The translations under genes and the position numbers were made by a program. From NCBI GenBank assembly GCA_035943095.1, contig DASZCN010000011.1, forward strand, positions 1,775-65,774: a stretch of 64,000 nt of DNA. Reading direction: 5' to 3'. The notes below the pieces were generated by a model. The model did not search any database and was not told the origin of the DNA. It was given only the letters and a program-made list of their open reading frames with translations. This document shows positions 8,456 to 16,180 of this stretch, piece by piece (positions within the stretch are counted from its first letter, which is position 1; each line of letters opens with the position of its first letter). The stretch is from Gemmatimonadales bacterium. Lineage in GTDB: Bacteria; Gemmatimonadota; Gemmatimonadetes; Gemmatimonadales; GWC2-71-9.

Positions 8456-9062
8456 AATAGTCGTCGGAGGCGCGACGCTCGGCGTCATCGGGTTGCTCGC
8501 CGGCCCCTCCTTGAGCGCCCAGGCGTGTCGGGAGCCTCACTACCGCTGGACGGCGAAGGTCGACACTTCAGGGGTGGCCGTCCCTCCGCAGCCGACATCG
8601 GTGGCAGCCATGCTCGCGACGTGGGCACCTCCGTTGCTCGCGTCGCGCGATGATTGTGCGCCGCGCGCCGAGCGCGAGCTGCGGACGTACGCGCTCCTCG
8701 CCTGGGTGCGACGGGTCGACAAATACAAGGACGACGAAGATTGGCACGTCGAGCTGACTGATCGGGCCGACACTCCGCCCGACTCGTGTATCGTCGCCGA
8801 GATACCCCATCCGCGCTATAGCGGGCGCTACGCCCTCGCGCGATCAGCCCTCGACTCGTTGATCGCGGGCCGCCGGCTCGGGAAGGGTGGCATCCTCCGC
8901 CGGCCGGTCCAGGCGCGCGTCATGGGGCTGGCCTTTTTCGATGGCCAGCATCGCCGCGGTGGTCGGCGCAGCGAACGGATCGACGGAGGGCACGGCCGCT
9001 GCAACGCCTCCGTGCGGGCCCTGTGGGAGATTCACCCGGTGTACCGCATCGGCTCTCCCTGA
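8442..9062 (+). CDS. Hypothetical secreted protein
   Basis: GTG start. N-terminal hydrophobic stretch GATLGVIGLLAGPSLSAQA resembles a signal peptide. I recognise no family. Confidence 0.4.
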   Translation: MRSLEIVVGGATLGVIGLLAGPSLSAQACREPHYRWTAKVDTSGVAVPPQPTSVAAMLATWAPPLLASRDDCAPRAERELRTYALLAWVRRVDKYKDDEDWHVELTDRADTPPDSCIVAEIPHPRYSGRYALARSALDSLIAGRRLGKGGILRRPVQARVMGLAFFDGQHRRGGRRSERIDGGHGRCNASVRALWEIHPVYRIGSP

Positions 9063-10591
9063 GCCCGTGCCACTCGATTTCTCCCGCCCTGCTTCGCGCG
9101 GTAGAGTGCCGCGTCCGCGACGACCCGCAGGTTCTCCACGGTGCTGACGGTGTCGGGGTAGCCCGCCACTCCGCACGAGATCGTGAGCGGGTAGGCTGCG
9201 CCGTCCCAGCGCCAAGCGGTCGACTCGACGGTCGCGCGGATTCGCTCCGCGACCTCCAGTCCCGACTCGATCGGGGTGTGCGGCATCCAGATCGCGAACT
9301 CTTCACCGCCGATTCGCGCCACGAGATCCTTGTCCCGCACGGCTTCTTCGAGGATTCGGGCGACGTGCCGCAGGGCCCCGTCGCCGGCCGCATGCCCCAA
9401 CGTGTCGTTCAGCTTCTTGAAGTGGTCCAGGTCCGCGTAGATGAGCGTCGCGATCAGGGGTTGCTTGCTCTCGTGGAGACTGAGGACTCGCTCCAGCTCC
9501 CGCAGATTGCGCAACCCGGTGAGGGGATCCTTCACCGCCCGCTGCTCCGCTTCGTGGAGCGCACGCGCCGCGGCTAACCGCGACCCCAGCTCCGCAACCA
9601 GGCGCTGGAGCTGATCGGCCGAAGGCGTGCCGGCCGGGAAGGGCGGCCCCATGACTACGAGCGCCCCGATCGCGAAGTGTCCGTCGAGTAGGGGATACGC
9701 GGTGCCCGCGCGGTCGCGGCGTCGCCGGTCCGGCAGCGCGCCGCCGAACACATCCTCCGACCCCTGCGAGGCGACGGGCACGCGCGCGCCGATCGCGCGC
9801 AGCGCGGGAGCGTCGGGCGTGAGGGTCAGCCCTTCAAGCCTGCCGTCCACCCGCTTGGACACCGCCACGACGCGTGCCTCGGCGCTAGCGGGGCCGAAGC
9901 CCTGGAGGATGATCGCGGAGCCGCGCTCGGTCAGTTGCTGGGCTAACGCCACGCCCGCCCTGACAATTCCTTCGAGGCTTTGCGCTCCCCCGGTCATAGC
10001 GGCGAGCTGCTTCACCACAAACTGGGCTGGTTGATCGGTAGCCTGCTGTTGCCGCAGGAGCCGCATGCTCGCGACCAGGCGGCGCAGCTCCTCGGTCGCG
10101 CTCTCCGCGGCGCTCGCCGGCGGGTCCACCGCGGGTAGCAGCAACCCCGCGCCCCACGGGAAGTCCCCGACGGCCACGTAGGTGCCCGCCGGATCGCGCG
10201 CCACATGGACCCGCCCGTCTATCGAGGCGAGCTGCACGAGGGCGGCCCCTCGTTGCCGGGCCGCCTGATCTAACGCGTCTCCCCCCCGCCCCCCCCGCCC
10301 CACCGTTTCGAGGTCGCCCTCCTCGAGACCGACGATCCAGCCGGCGCGGGCCCCGTAGGACCGGCACAAGAGGTCAAGCACGTGCTCGAAGTCCGACGGG
10401 CGACTGAGCGGCGCGTCCGCGAGCCAGGCGCGAACGATGGGCGGCAGCGCGAGGCCGATGGCGACAAGAAAGCCGCCGAGCGCGGCGACCAGAGCCCACA
10501 CGTTGGCGGAGAGGACAGCGGGGACGACGGCGGCCAGGCCGAGCACCGCGAGAAGGCGCCCGACCCAAACCCCCGCGGGGGGGAGCTTCAT
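9032..10591 (-). CDS. Membrane-anchored sensor diguanylate cyclase (GGDEF)
   Basis: C-terminal GGDEF domain: DLDHFKKLNDTLGHAAGDGALRHV..ARIGGEEFAIWM..AALYRAKQGGRNRV. The N-terminus has two hydrophobic helices. Start set at ATG 10591 (MKLPPAGVWVGRLL), which overlaps the larB stop as ATGA. Confidence 0.85.
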   Translation of the reverse strand: MKLPPAGVWVGRLLAVLGLAAVVPAVLSANVWALVAALGGFLVAIGLALPPIVRAWLADAPLSRPSDFEHVLDLLCRSYGARAGWIVGLEEGDLETVGRGGRGGDALDQAARQRGAALVQLASIDGRVHVARDPAGTYVAVGDFPWGAGLLLPAVDPPASAAESATEELRRLVASMRLLRQQQATDQPAQFVVKQLAAMTGGAQSLEGIVRAGVALAQQLTERGSAIILQGFGPASAEARVVAVSKRVDGRLEGLTLTPDAPALRAIGARVPVASQGSEDVFGGALPDRRRRDRAGTAYPLLDGHFAIGALVVMGPPFPAGTPSADQLQRLVAELGSRLAAARALHEAEQRAVKDPLTGLRNLRELERVLSLHESKQPLIATLIYADLDHFKKLNDTLGHAAGDGALRHVARILEEAVRDKDLVARIGGEEFAIWMPHTPIESGLEVAERIRATVESTAWRWDGAAYPLTISCGVAGYPDTVSTVENLRVVADAALYRAKQGGRNRVARAQGEPMRYTG

Positions 10592-11274
10592 GAATGATTG
10601 ATGCGACTCGCGGCGGCGGCGGCGCCGAACCCGTTGTCGATGTTGACGACCGTGATACCCGCCACACACGAGTTGAGCATGGCAAGCAGGGCCGCGATGC
10701 CGCCGAACGACGCGCCGTACCCCACGCTGGTCGGGACCGCGATCACGGGTACGGCGACGAGGCCGCCGACCACGCTCGGCAATGCGCCTTCCATCCCCGC
10801 AACGACGATAATGACGGCGGCACTGCGCAGCGCGTCGGTCTGGGTGAGGATGCGGTGGATCCCCGCGACCCCGACGTCGGTGAGCCGGGCGACCGCGTTC
10901 CCGAACGCGCGGGCTGTCAGGGCCGCCTCCTCGGCGACGGGGAGATCGCTCGTGCCAGCCGTGACGACGAGAATCGTCCCCCGCCCCGTCGGCGCGGGCT
11001 CGGGATCGGCCGGAAGGTAGACGACGCGACCAGGCTCATTCACCTCCGCGCGCGGGAACCGCGCCACCAGCGCCTGACGGTGGACCGGCTCCACCCGCGT
11101 CGCGAGAAAGCTTCCGCCTCGGGCCTCGAGCCGTTCGGCGATGCCCACCACCTGCTCGGGTGTCTTGCCCTGACAGAAAATCACCTCCTGGTGCCCCTGG
11201 GTGACGGGCCGGAGGTGATCGATAGACGCGAACGGGAGGCGCTCGACGAGCCGCCCCAGGTCCTCGAAATTCAC
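10588..11274 (-). CDS. larB: LarB-type nickel-pincer cofactor biosynthesis protein (AIR-carboxylase-like)
   Basis: ..ILVVTAGTSDLPVAEEA..IIVVAGMEGALPSVVGGLV..PVIAVPTSVGYGASFGGIAALLAMLNSC.. is typical of the LarB/PurE-like family. Confidence 0.75.
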   Translation of the reverse strand: MNFEDLGRLVERLPFASIDHLRPVTQGHQEVIFCQGKTPEQVVGIAERLEARGGSFLATRVEPVHRQALVARFPRAEVNEPGRVVYLPADPEPAPTGRGTILVVTAGTSDLPVAEEAALTARAFGNAVARLTDVGVAGIHRILTQTDALRSAAVIIVVAGMEGALPSVVGGLVAVPVIAVPTSVGYGASFGGIAALLAMLNSCVAGITVVNIDNGFGAAAAASRINHS

Positions 11275-12296
11275 GCGGCCTGCTCCACGGCGTCCCCGGC
11301 GAGGTAGGCGGTGAAGATCGCCTCGGCCTGCTGCATCGACTCGATCTGAAAGAGTCGCTCGCGCAGCTGAGACGCTCCCGGCACGCCTTTGGTGTACCAG
11401 CCGAAGTGTTTGCGAAACTCGAGGGCGGTCTTCCGCGTGTCTCCCTGGAGGCGGAGCGCGAGGCGCGCATGCTCGAGCGCCGTCGCAAACCGCTCGTTCG
11501 GTCGGGGATCGGGTCGCATCGGCCGCCCGGCGAGCAGGTCGCGCGCTTGCGCGAAGATCCAGGGGTTACCAAACGAGCCCCGCGCGATCATGACGCCGGC
11601 ACACCGGGTGTGGGCGCGCATGGCCACGACGTCCGTCGCGGTCGTGACGTCGCCGTTGCCGATGACGGGGATGTCCAGGGCCTCCACGACCCGAGCGATC
11701 TCATCCCAGTTCGCCTTGCCGGCGAACATCTGCGTCCGAGTGCGCGCATGGAGGGTGAGCGCCCGCGCCCCCGCCTCACGGCAGCGCGCGGCGATAGTCA
11801 CGGGATCACGCTGTGCATCGTCCCAGCCGCTGCGGATCTTGACGGTCACGGGCAGGTGCGTCCCACTTTGCACCGCGCGAATGATGCGTTGCACCAACCC
11901 GAGGTCCTTCAGGCATCCGGACCCCCCGTTGTTCTTCACGACCTTCTTCACGGGACAGCCGAAATTGATGTCGATGAAATCGGGCTCGCAGACCTCCGTG
12001 ACCATCTCCGCCGCCCGGGCCATGACCGTGGCGTCCGCGCCATAGAGCTGGATCCCGATCGGGCGCTCTGCTTCCTCGAACCGCATGTCCTGAAACAGGT
12101 GCGCGAGGCCGCGGGCCACGCCGACGGCCGAGATGAACTCGGACACGACGACGTCGGCGCCGAACCGTCGGGCGATGAGCCGGAAGGGTGATTCCGACAC
12201 GCCCGCCATGGGGGCGAGGAAGAGGGGGAATTCGTGCCCGGTCGGATACGGGAAGTCCATGTCACACAACGTAATGACGCGTTGCGCCGCGAGCAA
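11271..12296 (-). CDS. dus: tRNA-dihydrouridine synthase
   Basis: FLAPMAGVSESPFRLIARRFGADVVVSEF..INFGCPVKKVVKNNGGSGCL..VTVKIRSGWD. The start may instead be ATG 12260 (MDFPYPTG). Confidence 0.85.
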   Translation of the reverse strand: MLAAQRVITLCDMDFPYPTGHEFPLFLAPMAGVSESPFRLIARRFGADVVVSEFISAVGVARGLAHLFQDMRFEEAERPIGIQLYGADATVMARAAEMVTEVCEPDFIDINFGCPVKKVVKNNGGSGCLKDLGLVQRIIRAVQSGTHLPVTVKIRSGWDDAQRDPVTIAARCREAGARALTLHARTRTQMFAGKANWDEIARVVEALDIPVIGNGDVTTATDVVAMRAHTRCAGVMIARGSFGNPWIFAQARDLLAGRPMRPDPRPNERFATALEHARLALRLQGDTRKTALEFRKHFGWYTKGVPGASQLRERLFQIESMQQAEAIFTAYLAGDAVEQAA

Positions 12297-12340
12297 CCAG
12301 CCGTTAGGTTTCGCCGCCGTTTCGACTGGAGCGACTCGAC

Positions 12341-12793
12341 GTGCGCTTGCGCGACTTCTTCGCCGACGATGCGATCAACCTGCACCTGCAAAGCGCGACC
12401 AAAGACGACGTTTTAAAGGAGCTCGTCGGTCTCCTCAAGCTCGACGACAAGTCCGAGCAAACGCTCGTCAAGATGTTGAAGCGTCGCGAAACGCTCGGCT
12501 CGACCGGAATCGGCCAGAACATCGCCATCCCGCACTCGCGAGCCCTCGCGGTGAGCCAGCTCCGGGTCGCCTTCGGGCGGAAGCTCGAAGGCATCGACTT
12601 CAACGCCATCGACGGCAAGCCGGTCAATTATTTTTTCCTGATCGTCGCGCCTCCCCTCGAGGTCTCCAACCAGTACCTGCCGGTCCTCGGCAAGATCGCC
12701 CAGTTCGCGAAGGAGCCCGATGTACCGACGAAGCTGGCGCGCATCGGGACGGCGCTCGAGTTCCTCAAGCTGCTGGAAGACAAGAACATCTAG
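12341..12793 (+). CDS. ptsN: PTS EIIA-Ntr-like (PtsN family) regulatory protein
   Basis: 150 aa with ..RETLGSTGIGQNIAIPHSR.., the active-site His context of EIIA(Fru/Ntr) proteins. Confidence 0.7.
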   Translation: MRLRDFFADDAINLHLQSATKDDVLKELVGLLKLDDKSEQTLVKMLKRRETLGSTGIGQNIAIPHSRALAVSQLRVAFGRKLEGIDFNAIDGKPVNYFFLIVAPPLEVSNQYLPVLGKIAQFAKEPDVPTKLARIGTALEFLKLLEDKNI

Positions 12794-12826
12794 CGACGTC
12801 GTACGACGCTACGTCGCTACGTTTTA
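12792..12826 (+). terminator. Hairpin plus T-run just after the ptsN stop
   Basis: AGCGACGT (12792..12799) pairs with ACGTCGCT (12811..12818), followed by ACGTTTTAT. Confidence 0.4.
12798..12816. repeat. Left arm of a 19-bp imperfect inverted repeat flanking the four-helix-bundle gene
   Basis: GTCGTACGACGCTACGTCG matches the reverse complement of 13273..13291 (GTTGTACGACGCTACGTTG) at 17 of 19 positions. Confidence 0.7.
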
Positions 12827-12902
12827 TCGTGGCGTTCATTTTCGATCGTCAGTGCAGCGGAATGGTTCTGGCTGACGCCTGGGGTGTGCTTAGGATGGCC
12901 CC

Positions 12903-13280
12903 ATGGGGGACTTCCGTGAGTTGCGGGCTTGGCGCGAGGCCAAGAACCTGGTTCTGCTTTCCAGCAAGGCGATCAGGAAGCTTCCGTCGGATGAACGGTT
13001 CGCGTTGGGAGTTCAGTGGAGACGCGCAGCATACAGCGTCGCACTCAACATCGCGGAAGGAGCGAGCAGGCGCGGACCTCGGGAGTTTCGTCGCTACCTC
13101 GACATAGCACGAGGCTCGCTGCATGAACTGGAGGGGATCCTGGAGCTGGTCGAGCTGCTAGAGTACCTCCCCTGCGAAGAGCTCTTACTGCTTGCTGTCG
13201 CCCGGGACAACTGCGCTAGACTCGTGTACGGGTTGTTGCGGAAGATGGCACAGCCGCCAGAAAGGAGTTCTACAACGTAG
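12903..13280 (+). CDS. Four-helix-bundle protein (23S rRNA intervening-sequence protein family)
   Basis: FRELRAWREAKNLVLLSSKAIRKLPSDERFALGVQWRRAAYSVALNIAEGASRRGPREFRRYLDIARGSLHELEGIL is the hallmark of this family. G+C is locally lower (35/60 in one hand-counted line). Confidence 0.8.
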   Translation: MGDFRELRAWREAKNLVLLSSKAIRKLPSDERFALGVQWRRAAYSVALNIAEGASRRGPREFRRYLDIARGSLHELEGILELVELLEYLPCEELLLLAVARDNCARLVYGLLRKMAQPPERSSTT

Positions 13281-13291
13281 CGTCGTACAAC
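13273..13291. repeat. Right arm of the 19-bp imperfect inverted repeat
   Basis: CAACGTAGCGTCGTACAAC. It spans the stop codon of the four-helix-bundle gene and ends 6 nt before the guaA stop. Confidence 0.7.
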
Positions 13292-13296
13292 ACTAG

Positions 13297-14871
13297 TTAC
13301 TCCCATTCAATCGTCGCCGGTGGCTTGGAACTCACATCATAGACTACCCGGTTTACGCCCTTCACTTCGTTGATGATGCGACTTGAGATGCGTCCCAGTA
13401 CGTCGGGCGCGAACGGAAACCAATCCGCCGTCATCCCATCACGACTCGTCACCGCTCGGAGGGCCACGACGTAGTCGTACGTGCGCCCGTCCCCCATCAC
13501 CCCTACCGACTTGATCGGCAGCAGCACCGCGAACGCCTGCCAAATCTGATCGTACAAGCCGGCCGCCCGGATCTCTTCGATGTAAATCGCGTCCACGCGG
13601 CGGAGCAGATCGAGCCGATCTCGCGTCACCGGGCCGAGCACGCGGATCGCGAGCCCGGGGCCCGGGAAGGGATGGCGCCCCACGATCTCTTCGGGCAGCC
13701 CGAGCTCCCGCCCGACCTGCCGGACCTCGTCCTTGAACAGCTCACGAAGCGGCTCGATGAGCTTCCACGGGAGATTGGGTCGTAGGCCGCCCACGTTGTG
13801 ATGCGTCTTGATGGTGACGGACGGGCCGCCGCGCGGCGACATCGACTCGATGACATCCGGATAGAGTGTCCCCTGCACCAGGAACTGCACGTCTTCCCCG
13901 CCCCCCCCGCCGCCGACGTTCCGCGCCGCGTCCTCGAACACGTCGATGAAGGCGTGCCCGATCCGGCGGCGCTTCTCCTCTGGGTCGTCGACGCCGGCGA
14001 GAGCATCGAGAAAGCGCGCCTCCGCGTCGACCACCCGCAGGTCCATGCCTAGGTGGGCCCGGAAGGTGCGCTCCACCTGCTCCCGCTCATTGAGACGCAG
14101 CAATCCATGGTCCACGAAGATGCAGGTGAGCCGCTCGCCGATGGCACGGTGCACGAGGGCCGCCGCCACGGCAGAGTCCACGCCTCCCGACAGGCCGCAG
14201 ATCGCCCGGCTCTTCGGGCCCACGAGCTGCCGGATGCGGGTGATCTCGTGCTCGATGAAGTGGCCCGGCGTCCAATCGGGCGTGCAGCCGCAGATCTCGA
14301 ACAGGAAGTTGTGGAGGATCTCGCCACCGCGCGGCGTGTGAGCCACCTCGGGGTGGAACAAGACCCCGAAAATGGGTCGCGATTCGTGCTGGAAGCCGGC
14401 CACGGGCGCGTTGAGGCTCGAGGCGGTCACGCGGAACTGCGGCGGCGGCTGCTCGATCCGATCACCGTGGCTCGCCCACACCGTGATGCATCCTTGCGGC
14501 TCGAATCCCGCGAACAGGGTTCCCGGGCTCGCATCCCGGACCGTGACGTCGGCCCGCCCGTACTCGCGCTCGCGCGACGGCTTGACCCTCCCGCCCGCCA
14601 AGTGCGCGACGAGCTGCATGCCGTAGCAGATCGCAAGGATCGGGGTGCCCAGCTCGAGCAGCTTGGGGTCGGCGGTCGGCGCGTCGCGATCGAACACCGA
14701 GTTCGGACCGCCGGACAGGATCACTCCCTTGGGAGCGAACTCCCGGATGAAGGCGAGATCCGTCCCGCGCGCCGCCGGGTGGATCTCGCAGTAGACGTGC
14801 GCCTCGCGCACCCGCCGCGCGATGAGCTGGGTGAACTGCGAGCCGTAGTCGAGGATCAGAATGCGGTTCAC
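13297..14871 (-). CDS. guaA: GMP synthase (glutamine-hydrolysing)
   Basis: [53 protein letters not shown]. Confidence 0.95.
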   Translation of the reverse strand: MNRILILDYGSQFTQLIARRVREAHVYCEIHPAARGTDLAFIREFAPKGVILSGGPNSVFDRDAPTADPKLLELGTPILAICYGMQLVAHLAGGRVKPSREREYGRADVTVRDASPGTLFAGFEPQGCITVWASHGDRIEQPPPQFRVTASSLNAPVAGFQHESRPIFGVLFHPEVAHTPRGGEILHNFLFEICGCTPDWTPGHFIEHEITRIRQLVGPKSRAICGLSGGVDSAVAAALVHRAIGERLTCIFVDHGLLRLNEREQVERTFRAHLGMDLRVVDAEARFLDALAGVDDPEEKRRRIGHAFIDVFEDAARNVGGGGGGEDVQFLVQGTLYPDVIESMSPRGGPSVTIKTHHNVGGLRPNLPWKLIEPLRELFKDEVRQVGRELGLPEEIVGRHPFPGPGLAIRVLGPVTRDRLDLLRRVDAIYIEEIRAAGLYDQIWQAFAVLLPIKSVGVMGDGRTYDYVVALRAVTSRDGMTADWFPFAPDVLGRISSRIINEVKGVNRVVYDVSSKPPATIEWE

Positions 14872-16163
14872 GCCTGGTACCAGGTCGTGGGCTCGAGAAT
14901 TTCGCCGCGTAACAGGTCGTCCTGGGTCTCGCGCTGCCGCGCGATGTAGTAGCGGTTCCCCTCGACCAGGACTTCCGGGGGCCGCGGTCGCTGGTTGTAG
15001 GTCGAGCTCATCACGAAGCCATACGCGCCCGTGCCGAGTACTGCCAGATATTCACCGGGCTCGACCGTGGGAAGCTTACGATCGAGCGCCAGGAAGTCTC
15101 CCGACTCGCAGATCGGGCCCACGACGTTGACCAGCTCCTCCGGACGCGTCCCGCCACGGTCCTTGAGCGGGACGATCTCATGATGGGCATTGTAGTGGCT
15201 GGGCCGCACGAAGTCCGTCATGCCAGCGTCCACTACCACGAATTCCTTGCCGCCGGCGTGTTTGCGGTAGAGCACCTTGGTGACGAGGACGCCCGCGTTC
15301 GCGACGAGGTAGCGCCCTGGCTCGCACACGAGCGCCAGTCCCGCCTGCGTGATGGGGGGTGCCACGGCGTCCGCAAACGCCTGCGGGCTCGGCGCCTTCT
15401 CGTTGTGATACTTGACGCCCAGTCCGCCCCCGACGTCGAGCGCCTCGACGGTCGTGATCCCCGAGGCGCGCAGGGCCGTCACCAGCTCCAAGAGCTTGAT
15501 CGTGCCGCGGTGATACGGCTCCACGTCGGTGATCTGCGAGCCCAGGTGCATCGCGAGGCCGCGCAGCGTGAACAGGGGCTCCGCCGCCACGCGCTGGGCC
15601 ACGCTCACGACTTCGTCGTACGGCACACCGAACTTCGCGGTCTTCTCACCGGTCTTGGTGTACGGGTGCGTCTCGGTCGCGACATCCGGGTTGACGCGAA
15701 TGCCCACGCTGGCGCGCTTCTTCAATCGGTGCGCGACGGCGATCACCGCGTCGAGCTCAGCCGGCGACTCGATGTTCAGGAATCCCACGCCGACCCGAAT
15801 CGCCTCCTCGAGCTCGAGGGCGGTCTTACCGACGCCCGAGAAGACGATGGAAGCCGCGTCGAACCCCGCGGCCAGGGCCCGCCGCAGCTCGCCGACTGAC
15901 ACGATGTCCGCGCCGGCGCCCACGGCCTTGAGCACCCGGAGCACGCCGATGTTGCCGTTGGCCTTCACCGAGTAGCAGATCCGGTGAGCGACGCCCTTGA
16001 GAGCGTCGTGGAGGGCATGGTATTGCGCGCGGATCAGGTTGGCGCTGTAGACGTACGTCGGCGTACCCACCCGCTCCGCGATGGCTCGGAGCAGGGCGGG
16101 ATCGAACGCGAGTACGCCCGCACCTGCATGGCTACGTTGTAGCTGCGGCTGGACTTCCGTCAC
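14868..16163 (-). CDS. lysA: Diaminopimelate decarboxylase
   Basis: ..[46 protein letters not shown]... The track start 16316 would overlap the upstream gene by ~136 nt. I chose GTG 16163, which is preceded by GGGGGGAGAG. Confidence 0.88.
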   Translation of the reverse strand: MTEVQPQLQRSHAGAGVLAFDPALLRAIAERVGTPTYVYSANLIRAQYHALHDALKGVAHRICYSVKANGNIGVLRVLKAVGAGADIVSVGELRRALAAGFDAASIVFSGVGKTALELEEAIRVGVGFLNIESPAELDAVIAVAHRLKKRASVGIRVNPDVATETHPYTKTGEKTAKFGVPYDEVVSVAQRVAAEPLFTLRGLAMHLGSQITDVEPYHRGTIKLLELVTALRASGITTVEALDVGGGLGVKYHNEKAPSPQAFADAVAPPITQAGLALVCEPGRYLVANAGVLVTKVLYRKHAGGKEFVVVDAGMTDFVRPSHYNAHHEIVPLKDRGGTRPEELVNVVGPICESGDFLALDRKLPTVEPGEYLAVLGTGAYGFVMSSTYNQRPRPPEVLVEGNRYYIARQRETQDDLLRGEILEPTTWYQA

Positions 16164-16180
16164 CTCTCCCCCCGCTGCGA

